Source: a virus. From it: 64,000 nucleotides of DNA. A program made the translations under genes and the position numbers. Positions 38,210-47,725 of this stretch are shown here, one piece after another. The notes beneath the pieces were generated by a model. That model had not been told where the DNA came from, searched no databases, and worked only from the letters and a program-made list of their open reading frames with translations. Location of the stretch: the IMG/VR virus record IMGVR_UViG_3300023174_000100, positions 1 through 64,000 of that record; one strand, given 5' to 3'. The stretch's first letter is position 1; the number at the start of each line of letters is the position of its first letter.

Positions 38210-39934
38210 ATGAACGAATTACACGACTTAGCAAAAAAACAGGGATGGACAATAAATGACATACCTGAGTGGGGTAATAATAGCCTCTACCTAACAACTA
38301 TACTAGGAGGATATTTACAAAATAAAGAAACTCCTAAAAATGCGTATATCAGGTTAGCTATTACAGCCGCAAAGTACTTAAACAAACCTGAACTTTTTTC
38401 TAAATTTTTTGAAATACTTTGGAATGGATGGCTGATACCATCTACTCCGGTAATGAGTAATTTTGGAACTAACAGGGGATTACCTATATCATGTTTTGGC
38501 GGATATGTGGGTGATTCCATGTACGATATATACAGAAAAAATCTTGAAATGGCTATACTATCTAAACACGGTGGAGGTACTGCATATGATTTTTCTGAAA
38601 TTAGACCTAAAGGAGCATTAATAAAAGACGGATCAAATGGAACTACTGATGGAATTATACCTTTTATAAAATCTTTTGATTCTACTATTATAGCATCTAA
38701 ACAAGGTAAAATGAGAAGAGGTGCTGTAGCTGTGTATTTATCCGCAAATCACTCGGAGTTTTCTGACTTCTTAAAAATAAGAGAACCAAAAGGGGATATT
38801 AATAGACAATGTCATAATATTCATATGGGAGCAAAATTCTCTAATGATTTTATGGAGGAAGTTATTAATAAAAATGGTAGCAAAAGAGAGTTGTGGTTAG
38901 AGCATATAAAAACTAGAGTTAAAACTGGAGAGCCATATACATTTTTTGTGGATAATGCTAATGCAAATCTTAAAAGTACATTTTCCGCATATAATTTAAA
39001 GGTAAGACACAGTCAATTATGCGCGGAAATAATGTTACCTTCTGATGAAAATCACACTTTTGTATGTTGCCTATCTTCTATGAATTTATATAAATGGGAT
39101 GAATGGTCAAAAACAGATGCAGTATATTATGCCACTATATTCTTAGATGCAGTAATCTCTGAGTTTTTAGAAAAAGCTAAACATATACAAGGAATTGAAG
39201 ACTCTATAAGATTTGCCGAAAAATCTAGAGCTTTAGGATTAGGGGCATTAGGATGGGCTTCACTTTTACAAAAAATGAGAATACCTTTCGTGGGAATACA
39301 GGCAACTTCTTTAACCAGGGTTATTTTTAGTCATATAAAGGAAAAATCAGATAAAGCTTCTATGTGGATGGCTAAAGAGTTTGGCGAACCTGCCTGGTGT
39401 GAGAAGAGCGGGTATAGAAATTTAACTTGTATAGCTGTAGCCCCCAATAGAAGTTCATCTAAATTGGCCGGAGGAATGTCTCAAGGAATTGAACCATTTG
39501 CCGCCAATTTGTATATGGATGATGATGCAAAAGGAGCTCACCTAAGAAGAAATCCCGATTTAGAAAAATTACTAGACGAAAAAGGACTTAATACCCCTCA
39601 AATATGGGATATTATTGCGGAAGATAAAGGTTCTGTTAGAAATATAGATGGTTTAACAGATGAAGAAAAAGAAGTATTTAGAACATTTAAGGAAATAAAT
39701 CAATTAGAGTTGGTTAGACAAGCAGCAATTAGGCAAGAATATATTGATCAAGGACAGTCTATAAATCTAGCTTTCTTTCATGATGCACCTGCAAAATGGA
39801 TAAATCAAGTTCATATCGAAGCCTGGAAATTAGGAATTAAATCTTTGTATTATTTAAGATCTGAGAGCAATCTAAGAGCCGATAGTAAACAACAGAGAGA
39901 TTTGTATTCCGAGTGTATTGTCTGTGAAGGTTAA
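38210..39934 (+). CDS. nrdA: Ribonucleotide reductase class I alpha subunit (short, no ATP cone)
   Basis: STPV, ISCF, GGGT, RRGA, GEPY, SQLCAEI, CCLSS, DQGQSIN, KSLYY and C-terminal CIVCEG. Confidence 0.95.
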   Translation: MNELHDLAKKQGWTINDIPEWGNNSLYLTTILGGYLQNKETPKNAYIRLAITAAKYLNKPELFSKFFEILWNGWLIPSTPVMSNFGTNRGLPISCFGGYVGDSMYDIYRKNLEMAILSKHGGGTAYDFSEIRPKGALIKDGSNGTTDGIIPFIKSFDSTIIASKQGKMRRGAVAVYLSANHSEFSDFLKIREPKGDINRQCHNIHMGAKFSNDFMEEVINKNGSKRELWLEHIKTRVKTGEPYTFFVDNANANLKSTFSAYNLKVRHSQLCAEIMLPSDENHTFVCCLSSMNLYKWDEWSKTDAVYYATIFLDAVISEFLEKAKHIQGIEDSIRFAEKSRALGLGALGWASLLQKMRIPFVGIQATSLTRVIFSHIKEKSDKASMWMAKEFGEPAWCEKSGYRNLTCIAVAPNRSSSKLAGGMSQGIEPFAANLYMDDDAKGAHLRRNPDLEKLLDEKGLNTPQIWDIIAEDKGSVRNIDGLTDEEKEVFRTFKEINQLELVRQAAIRQEYIDQGQSINLAFFHDAPAKWINQVHIEAWKLGIKSLYYLRSESNLRADSKQQRDLYSECIVCEG

Positions 39935-39993
39935 TTTTTATTTTATATCATATAATAAACAAGAGGTATTTAAGTTGTTGAAAGTTTTTTTGC

Positions 39994-40020
39994 GAGGAGG
40001 CATAAAAGCCTCCTCTTTTT
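39994..40020 (+). terminator. Rho-independent terminator after nrdA
   Basis: gaggaggc-ataaaa-gcctcctc followed by ttttt. Confidence 0.85.
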
Positions 40021-40068
40021 ATAAAACTTTATTATTATTTATTGGTTTTATCGTAAAATAACTATACC

Positions 40069-40365
40069 ATGATTGATTATAAACAAGTAAAAGAAAATTC
40101 TTCTCCTGAAGAAGAAATAAAAAAAATTTTTAAAAACTTAGAAAATCTTGTCTTATATAAAGACTCTAAGTATAATGGAGCCGCAGACTCTCCCTTAAAT
40201 ATATTTACTGATAAGCATAAATTTGGATACAGAGCCGATGATAAATTGAAAAGGATACAAAACTCTGAGGAATTAAGAAAAAATGATGTAGTCGATTTGA
40301 TAGGATATTTAATATTAATTTTAAGAGATAAGAAGTGGACTGATTTTGATGATTTGAAAGATTAA
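40069..40365 (+). CDS. DUF1599/Nmad1-like all-alpha nucleotide-modification-associated protein
   Basis: K..KY....P..IF......R.DDKL.RI.......D..DLIGYLIL pattern. Confidence 0.6.
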   Translation: MIDYKQVKENSSPEEEIKKIFKNLENLVLYKDSKYNGAADSPLNIFTDKHKFGYRADDKLKRIQNSEELRKNDVVDLIGYLILILRDKKWTDFDDLKD

Positions 40366-40374
40366 AATAATTTC

Positions 40375-40839
40375 ATGAAAGTATGCATTAGCTGTGGAAT
40401 AGAGAAGGAAGAGAATGATTTTCATCAATCCGGAAATGGTAGAAGAAGACGTACATGTAAAAAATGTCATAATAAAAATTGGAAGTATTGCTTATTAGGT
40501 AACTTATCTAGCAAAGAATCTCTTCCACCTTCTACTCTTGTAAAAGGTGTAAGAAAACCTAGAAAACCTAAAGATAAAAGAGTTGACATGAAATTTTTAG
40601 AATCATTAAAAGATAAACAGAATGGTCTTTGTTATTGGCTAAATATACCTTTAGATTTTACTATGAAGGATAAGTTAAGAAAGCCTAGTATAGATAGATT
40701 AGACAATTCTAGGGGGTATGATGCGGATAATATTGTATTGACTACTGTTTTTGCTAACACAGGAAGAAGGGATGCATCTGTAGAAGAGATGAAATCTTTT
40801 TTGGATAATTATATATTTTTTCAAAAAATTGATTTTTAA
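40375..40839 (+). CDS. Zn-finger + HNH-like endonuclease, possibly degenerate
   Basis: CISC...CKKC finger; KQNGLCY and SIDRLDNSRGYDADNIVL motifs. Confidence 0.7.
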   Translation: MKVCISCGIEKEENDFHQSGNGRRRRTCKKCHNKNWKYCLLGNLSSKESLPPSTLVKGVRKPRKPKDKRVDMKFLESLKDKQNGLCYWLNIPLDFTMKDKLRKPSIDRLDNSRGYDADNIVLTTVFANTGRRDASVEEMKSFLDNYIFFQKIDF

Positions 40840-40850
40840 TTATATAGGTT

Positions 40851-43208
40851 ATGATAATAACAAAAAATTATACTACTTGTAATACTATAGATAAAATAAA
40901 GGAATTATCTAACATGATTGATTCTTATGACATAATAAGCTTTGACGTAGAATCAACAGGCTTAAATGTTAGAAAAGATATAATAGTAGGATTATCTTTT
41001 GGATTTAAACCCGGGCTTTCTTATTATTTACCTACTTACGAATGGTCTGTAGAAAAACAAGAGCTTTTAAATCTTTCTATAGAATCTTACAATAATATAA
41101 AATTAGCTATCGGATTAGTTAAGAAATTGATAGGTAAAAAATTAATAATGCATAATGCTTCTTATGATACATCTATTGTATTAAGTAATTATGAAATAGA
41201 TTTATTACCTTCTTTACATGCTGATACTATTTTATTAGTTCATACAACTAGAGAAGAAGGATCTGTGGGACTAGGAAGACCCTTTGCTTTAAAATCAATA
41301 GGCAAGATGGTTCAAAAACACATTTTTTTAGACGTAGATAAGGAAGCAAACGAAGAGCAAATCTTAATGAAAGAATCTGTAAAAAGAAATGGAGGTCAAA
41401 TAACACAAGATAATTTTGAGATTTATAAAGCAGATTTAGATATTTTAGCTAAATATGCCTGCGCAGATACTGATTTAACTATGCGTATTTTTATGTTATT
41501 TTCTAAAATTTTAAAAGAGGAAGATTTAGAGGACTTTTTCTATAACATAGAAGTAATGCCTTTGTATAAAGAAGTAACAGTTCCCATGGAAAGGGAGGGT
41601 ATTTTGATGGACATAAAAAAAATAAAAGAAGCCCAGAAAGATATATTAGATGATATAAATCAAATAAAGCAAGAAGTCTATACATCTTTAAGACAATCTT
41701 CGGATTTTAAACGATGGGTATATTTTACAGCTACTAGTAAATACCCTAGTTTTAAAGAAAAAGAAAACTACCTTATTCCCTCAAAAGGACCTTTGCTGAT
41801 GGAGTTAATTAATTTATATGGATTAATAAGTCATTTTACAAATGACAAAGGAGAAATTAAAATACTTAAAAAATCAGTGCTGTCTCTACCTGATTCAGAA
41901 ATAAAAAAATATCTCTTAGGAGAATCTTTTACGAATTCTGAAATATCAAATGAATTGAAAAAAAATTTATCTTTTTGTGCAGTAAATCTTTGGAAAAAAT
42001 TAAATGATAATGAGCTTATAAATATAAATTCTAAGCAGCAATTAGGCTCTTTTGTTTTTGACTTTCTTAAAGAAAAACCCATAACTTATACAGATAAAGG
42101 AGCACCTCAATTTAACGAAAGTTTTTTAGAGACACTTGAAGATAAATATGAGTGGAGTAAAAAGTTAACTACCTATAATAAGCTGACAAAGTTAAAATCA
42201 GCTTATATGGATAGATTCTTAGATAACTGTGAAAATGACCGATATTACTTTTACTATCAGCAACATGGTACAGTTTCGGGGAGATATAGCAGTGACGCTC
42301 AGCAACTTCCAAGACCATTTGAATCTAATCAAGGGGTAGACCCTAGAGTATATAAATATACTAATATGATTAGAACATTTTTTATATGTGACAAAAATAC
42401 TGTTTTTATTGACTGTGATTATGTAAGTCTAGAACCTCATATATTTGCTCATATAAGCGGAGATGAAGGGTTGCGAGAAATATTTAGGAAAAATTGGGAT
42501 TTTTATTCTCGTATTGCTATAGATACGGAAAAATTAACTCAATACTCTGCTGATCCGGAGGATAATAATTTCCTAAAGAAGGCCAATAAAACTATTAGGA
42601 ATAAAGCAAAAAGTTATTCTTTAGGTATTCCTTATGGTATGTCCGCCTATGCTTTAAGTAAAACAATTGATGTTTCTGTAAAAGAAGCTAAGATATTAAT
42701 TGATGGGTATTTAAATGCATATCCTGAATTAAAAAAATGGATGATTGAGAGTGAAGATTTTGTAAAAAATAACGGATTTATAAAATGTCAATCTGGTAGA
42801 ATAAGACATTTGCCTAAAGTTAAATTTTATTATAAAAAATATCAGGATAAACTTTTAGACTATGACTTTAGAGAAAGTTTAAAAAGAGAGTATGGAGAAA
42901 AAGAAGTTCTTGATATGTATAGAGATTATAAGAATGGTTTAAATAATGCTAAAAATATTCAAATACAATCCATGGCAGCTCATATTGTCAATAAATCAGC
43001 TCTTTTTATAAATAGAGAGTTTATAAAAAGAGGAATAAAAGGACTAGTAGTAGCTCAAATTCACGACCAATTAATTTTTAAAGTTGAGGAAAATAGAAAA
43101 GAGGATGCGCTAAATATTGTTCAAGACATAATGGAGAACTCAACAAAACTAAGCATTGCGCTAAAAGCCCCTCCAGAAATATCTAAAAATTGGCAAGAAG
43201 GACATTAA
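40851..43208 (+). CDS. polA: Family-A DNA polymerase with 3'-5' exonuclease
   Basis: Exonuclease: FDVESTGL, MHNASYD, YACADT. Polymerase: TVSGRYSS, DCDYVSLEP, RNKAKSYSLGIPYG, IQSMAA, QIHDQ. Confidence 0.95.
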   Translation: MIITKNYTTCNTIDKIKELSNMIDSYDIISFDVESTGLNVRKDIIVGLSFGFKPGLSYYLPTYEWSVEKQELLNLSIESYNNIKLAIGLVKKLIGKKLIMHNASYDTSIVLSNYEIDLLPSLHADTILLVHTTREEGSVGLGRPFALKSIGKMVQKHIFLDVDKEANEEQILMKESVKRNGGQITQDNFEIYKADLDILAKYACADTDLTMRIFMLFSKILKEEDLEDFFYNIEVMPLYKEVTVPMEREGILMDIKKIKEAQKDILDDINQIKQEVYTSLRQSSDFKRWVYFTATSKYPSFKEKENYLIPSKGPLLMELINLYGLISHFTNDKGEIKILKKSVLSLPDSEIKKYLLGESFTNSEISNELKKNLSFCAVNLWKKLNDNELININSKQQLGSFVFDFLKEKPITYTDKGAPQFNESFLETLEDKYEWSKKLTTYNKLTKLKSAYMDRFLDNCENDRYYFYYQQHGTVSGRYSSDAQQLPRPFESNQGVDPRVYKYTNMIRTFFICDKNTVFIDCDYVSLEPHIFAHISGDEGLREIFRKNWDFYSRIAIDTEKLTQYSADPEDNNFLKKANKTIRNKAKSYSLGIPYGMSAYALSKTIDVSVKEAKILIDGYLNAYPELKKWMIESEDFVKNNGFIKCQSGRIRHLPKVKFYYKKYQDKLLDYDFRESLKREYGEKEVLDMYRDYKNGLNNAKNIQIQSMAAHIVNKSALFINREFIKRGIKGLVVAQIHDQLIFKVEENRKEDALNIVQDIMENSTKLSIALKAPPEISKNWQEGH

Positions 43209-43224
43209 ATAATTAATATATAAC

Positions 43225-43231
43225 TATTTAT
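43225..43231 (+). promoter_or_regulatory. Intergenic TATTTAT motif heading the nuclease/GT region
   Basis: aacTATTTATagt. Confidence 0.45.
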
Positions 43232-43282
43232 AGTAGAATAAAACTTTTTATAATTTTCTTTGTTTTTTACTAAAAATAATAT

Positions 43283-43504
43283 ATGAATATACCTCCTATA
43301 GAACCTCCAAAATTACAAATAACTTCAGATCAATTAGATGGAATTTGTTGTAATTCTTGCGAATCAGAATATTTTAAACAAGTTATAATGCTTAAAAAAA
43401 TTAGCAAATTATACACCGGAACCACAAAAGATAAAATAGTAACTATTCCTGTTTTCATATGCGATTCTTGCGGGGATCCTATAGACATGGAAAAATTATC
43501 TTAA
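43283..43504 (+). CDS. Small Zn-ribbon protein
   Basis: CNSC and CDSC pairs. Confidence 0.7.
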   Translation: MNIPPIEPPKLQITSDQLDGICCNSCESEYFKQVIMLKKISKLYTGTTKDKIVTIPVFICDSCGDPIDMEKLS

Positions 43505-43515
43505 CTCATCAATAA

Positions 43516-44481
43516 ATGGTTTTGGAACAAGTAAAGATAAAATTACAGGAGTCTATTGATTTTGCTAATAAAGTAAAAGAAATACCTCATAAACATGTTT
43601 CATTTTCTCAATTTTCTATGTACAGTCAGTGTCCTAAAAAATGGTTTTTGAGTTATGTATTAAAGCTAGGTACTAGACCTCCTTCTATACACATGACTTT
43701 TGGGACTGCTTTCCACGAAGTTTTACAGGAATACTTAATCGAAAATCATAATAATAAATTTAAAAATAAAAATGAAATTGATTTTAGTATAGAATTAAAA
43801 AATAGAATAAAAGAAGTATATAAAAAAGATTTTACTAATTATGGCAAGCATTTTTCTACTAGCCTAGAACTGACGGAATTTTGGGAGCAAGGAGTTAGTA
43901 TTTTAAATCATATAAGAAGTAGTCATAATTTATATTACAATAGAGATAATTGGTCTCTTTTGGGAGTAGAGGTTCCTCTGATGATAAAAATAATAGATTC
44001 CGAGGAGCCTCTTTATTTTATTTTGTTTATTGATTTACTTTTTTATGACAAAGAAAATAATAAATTAGTAATAGACGATATAAAAACTTCAGGAAAAGGA
44101 TGGAGCTCTTATTCAAAAAAAGACAAAATAAAAACATCTCAAGTATTGTTGTACAAAAGTTTTTTGGCTAAAAGTCTAAATATTGATAGTCAAGATATAG
44201 ATTGTAGATTTACTATAGTGAGAAGAATAACAGATGGATACGATTTCCCTGTAAGCAGGGTTCAGATATTTAAACCTGCACAGTCAAAAAAGTCTGTAGA
44301 AAATTCTATAATCGAATTTAAAACATTCATAAAAAAAGTTTTTGATAAGCAAGGAAATGCTAGACAAGATATCCTATATCCCGCTTTAACAGGAAATAAT
44401 TGCTTTAATTGCAATTACTGTGAATTTAAAGATAGGTTTGACTTATGTCCAGAAGAAGCTAGAGATTATATAAACAAATAA
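43516..44481 (+). CDS. PD-(D/E)XK exonuclease, Cas4/RecB-like, with probable Fe-S cluster
   Basis: SFSQ...QCPKKW, FGTAFH, VE, IDL, DIKTS, Q..LY and C-terminal CNYC...C. Confidence 0.85.
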   Translation: MVLEQVKIKLQESIDFANKVKEIPHKHVSFSQFSMYSQCPKKWFLSYVLKLGTRPPSIHMTFGTAFHEVLQEYLIENHNNKFKNKNEIDFSIELKNRIKEVYKKDFTNYGKHFSTSLELTEFWEQGVSILNHIRSSHNLYYNRDNWSLLGVEVPLMIKIIDSEEPLYFILFIDLLFYDKENNKLVIDDIKTSGKGWSSYSKKDKIKTSQVLLYKSFLAKSLNIDSQDIDCRFTIVRRITDGYDFPVSRVQIFKPAQSKKSVENSIIEFKTFIKKVFDKQGNARQDILYPALTGNNCFNCNYCEFKDRFDLCPEEARDYINK

Positions 44482-44487
44482 TATATT

Positions 44488-45984
44488 ATGAATTTTGAAT
44501 TACCAAAACTAAAGAAAATAACTAATCGTCCTAAAAAGAAAAAAATTCTACTCCTGTCGGATGATTTAAGATTAAACTCAGGTATTGGAGTAATGTCTAG
44601 GGAAATTGTAGTAGGTACAGCTAAATATTTTGATTGGGTTCAAATTGGAGCTGCTATAAAAAATCCTGATGCCGGTAAAATTATTGATGTTTCAGATGAT
44701 GTTAACAAAGAAATAGGAATAGATGACGCTAGCGTGCTTATATACCCTAATAATGGGTACGGAGATCCACACAAATTAAGAGAAATAATAACTAGAGAGT
44801 CGCCTGATGCGATTTTACATTTTACGGACCCGAGATTTTGGGAATGGCTATATGATATGGAGAGAGAAATTAGAACATCTATTCCTATTATGTATTATAA
44901 TATATGGGACGATTTGCCATATCCACATTGGAATTCTGAATTTTATGCTTCATGTGATTTCATATTTAATATATCAAAGCAAACTCATAATTTAGTTAAT
45001 GTAGTATTAGAAGAAAATGAATATAAATATTATGATTTAGATTCTGGCGAACCAAAATCTTTTGATATAGATACAACTTACACTGCTTACATTCCTCATG
45101 GAATAAATAATAAACACATATATAAGATTCTTCCAAGTAGCAAAGTATATGATGAATACAATGCTTATATATCTGATTTTAAAAGAGAAACGCCTACTGA
45201 TTTTTTAATTTTTTGGAATAATAGAAATATAAGAAGAAAACAACCGGGGGATGTTATTCTAGCTTTTACTAGGTTTTGCGAATATCTAAAAGATGATGAT
45301 AAAGCTAGTAGATGTATTTTAGTCATGCATACAGACCCTATCGATGGAAATGGTACAGACTTAATTGCAACGGTAAAAGCTTTAAACCCAAAAGGAAAAG
45401 TCATTTTTTCTGATAAAAAAATAGATACAAAGACACTAAATTTTTGGTATAATTTTGCGGATGTTGTTTTAAATATTGCATCTAATGAAGGATTCGGTCT
45501 TTCAGGAGCTGAAGCACTAATGGCCGGCACCCCTATTATAAATAATGTAACAGGAGGATTACAAGACCAGTGTGGTTTCATAGACAATAAAGGAAAGTAC
45601 ATAACATTTACAAAAGATTTCCCTACTAATCACGCAGGAACTTTTAGAAAGCATGGCGAATGGGCATTTCCAGTATTTCCTAACAATAGATCTCTACAAG
45701 GTTCACCGGCAACTCCCTATATTTTTGATGACAGAGTATCCTTTGAGGAAGTGGCCGAGGCTATATTTTATTGGTACAAAATTCCTAGAGAAGAAAGAAA
45801 AGCATTAGGGAGCAAAGGAACGGCTTATGCTCTTGACCCGAAAGTAGGAATGTCAGCAGAGGAAATGTGTAATAGATTTATAAAAAATATCAATTTAGCT
45901 CTTGATAATTGGAAGCCGAGATCTAGATATTCACTACATGAAATAAAACCAGAAAAAACTAATAAAGCAATAGGAATTCTATGA
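44488..45984 (+). CDS. GT4-like glycosyltransferase
   Basis: SGIG, NRNIRRKQ, NEGFGLSGAEALMAGTPII. Confidence 0.88.
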   Translation: MNFELPKLKKITNRPKKKKILLLSDDLRLNSGIGVMSREIVVGTAKYFDWVQIGAAIKNPDAGKIIDVSDDVNKEIGIDDASVLIYPNNGYGDPHKLREIITRESPDAILHFTDPRFWEWLYDMEREIRTSIPIMYYNIWDDLPYPHWNSEFYASCDFIFNISKQTHNLVNVVLEENEYKYYDLDSGEPKSFDIDTTYTAYIPHGINNKHIYKILPSSKVYDEYNAYISDFKRETPTDFLIFWNNRNIRRKQPGDVILAFTRFCEYLKDDDKASRCILVMHTDPIDGNGTDLIATVKALNPKGKVIFSDKKIDTKTLNFWYNFADVVLNIASNEGFGLSGAEALMAGTPIINNVTGGLQDQCGFIDNKGKYITFTKDFPTNHAGTFRKHGEWAFPVFPNNRSLQGSPATPYIFDDRVSFEEVAEAIFYWYKIPREERKALGSKGTAYALDPKVGMSAEEMCNRFIKNINLALDNWKPRSRYSLHEIKPEKTNKAIGIL

Positions 45985-47261
45985 AAAAGAAAGTTACTTT
46001 AGTCGCACCAGTATATACGGCTTCCGGATATGGGGCACACGGCAGAGACATAGCATGGGCATTGATATCATTAAAGGATAAATACGATTTAAAAATAGTT
46101 TCTACGGCATGGGGAAATACTCCTACTAATGGATTAGATAAAAACAACCCTTCTGATGCAGAAATTATAAAAAGAATCGTACCAAAAACGGATATTAATG
46201 ATGATATTTTTATTCAGTTGACAATACCTAATGAATTTGTCAAATGCGGTAAATATAACATAGGTTTCACTGCTGGGATAGAAACAGATATGTGTTCTCC
46301 TAAATGGATTGAGGGATGTAACAATATGGATATGCTATTGACAACATCTAAACATTCTCTTGATGTTATAAATGATTCTGTATTTGATAAAGTAAATAAA
46401 CATACAAATCAATTAGAAGGCACTCTAAAGCTCAGAGATAGCCTTAGAAAAGAGATTTTATTTGAGGGTGTAGACACAACAGTTTACACCAACAAAATGC
46501 ATCCTGATGAAAATATGAACATTCTAGAGCATGTTAAAGAAGATTTCTGTTTCCTATTTGTTGGACATTGGTTGCAAGGTTCTTTCGGTAATGATAGAAA
46601 GAATGTAGGAGCTATGATAAAAGTATTTTTTGATACATTTAAAAGAATGCCAGCCAAAAATAGACCGGCATTAATTTTAAAAACAAGTGGAGGTAAGTAT
46701 TCAGTAGGTGATTTAAATGAAATTCAATCAAAAATTAGGTCTATTTTAGACGGAGAGTCTGGTCCAAACATTTATGTCCTACATGGAGATTTGACAGATG
46801 GAGAAATGAATAATTTATACAACGACCCAAAAGTAAAAGCTATGATTTCCTTTACAAAAGGAGAGGGGTATGGAAGACCTCTAGCTGAATTTTCCGTAAC
46901 TGGGAAGCCTATCATAGCATCTAATTGGTCGGGACATACTGATTTCTTAAATCCAAAATACTGTTCTCTGCTTCCCGGCCGACTAGAGCCCGTGGATAAA
47001 TCAGTTCTAAATGATTGGTTTATACAGGAATCTAAATGGTTTACAGTCGATTATATGTATTCTGCTGGAGTTATTGCAGATGTTTTTACTAGATATAATA
47101 AGCATAAAGAAAACGCGGAAAAACAAAGACTTCATACGTTAGCTCATTTTACTTTTGAGAAAATGGTCGATAAATTAGAAGTAATTCTGGATTCAATTGA
47201 AATTCAAAACCAACCTAAGATAAATAAACTTAATTTACCAAAACTAAAACTAGTAGAATGA
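45981..47261 (+). CDS. GT4-like glycosyltransferase
   Basis: SGYG, GVD, DRKN, GEGYGRPLAEF, SNWSGHTDF. Confidence 0.88.
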   Translation: MKKKVTLVAPVYTASGYGAHGRDIAWALISLKDKYDLKIVSTAWGNTPTNGLDKNNPSDAEIIKRIVPKTDINDDIFIQLTIPNEFVKCGKYNIGFTAGIETDMCSPKWIEGCNNMDMLLTTSKHSLDVINDSVFDKVNKHTNQLEGTLKLRDSLRKEILFEGVDTTVYTNKMHPDENMNILEHVKEDFCFLFVGHWLQGSFGNDRKNVGAMIKVFFDTFKRMPAKNRPALILKTSGGKYSVGDLNEIQSKIRSILDGESGPNIYVLHGDLTDGEMNNLYNDPKVKAMISFTKGEGYGRPLAEFSVTGKPIIASNWSGHTDFLNPKYCSLLPGRLEPVDKSVLNDWFIQESKWFTVDYMYSAGVIADVFTRYNKHKENAEKQRLHTLAHFTFEKMVDKLEVILDSIEIQNQPKINKLNLPKLKLVE

Positions 47262-47725
47262 TTGATGTAACTTTTGAGGAACTATCTCCTATAACCGGAC
47301 AACAAGAAGTAATTGTAGAACTTACAGATACTGGATTGCTGACAAAACTTTGCATGGGCAGCGGCTACTATACAGACTCGAGCCTAGTTCTAGGCTCCGA
47401 CGCCCAGATTCAGTATGAGTCGACGCTGCCCCGAATTTGTATAGATAAAAGACACGTTGATGTAGAAAACTTGGTATGGTATCCTTTTGTATTTTCTTTA
47501 GACAAGGCGGTAATTTTTCCGGACGAAGGGGATACTAAGAGGATGGTTTGGAAGGTATGTGAGATTATTGATTTTACGGATGATGATGTTAAGAATTACC
47601 CTAATGCTATAATAAGGAGAAAAGTTGATGTAGATAATTGTATTGAATTTAATGCGGATGCTTTTTCTAATGCTTTTGAAAAATTATATGAATTAAATTT
47701 ACCAAAACATAAAGAAATTGGATAA
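47258..47725 (+). CDS. Hypothetical protein
   Basis: 155-aa ORF overlapping both GT neighbours. Confidence 0.6.
   Translation: MIDVTFEELSPITGQQEVIVELTDTGLLTKLCMGSGYYTDSSLVLGSDAQIQYESTLPRICIDKRHVDVENLVWYPFVFSLDKAVIFPDEGDTKRMVWKVCEIIDFTDDDVKNYPNAIIRRKVDVDNCIEFNADAFSNAFEKLYELNLPKHKEIG

Noticed and set aside
1983-43208. Inteins in terminase, helicase, RNR or PolA
   Set aside because: Protein lengths are ordinary and no intein splice-junction or LAGLIDADG blocks were seen.
43516-44481. Cas4 as evidence of a CRISPR-Cas system
   Set aside because: No array or other cas genes; solo Cas4-like nucleases are common in phage replication regions.
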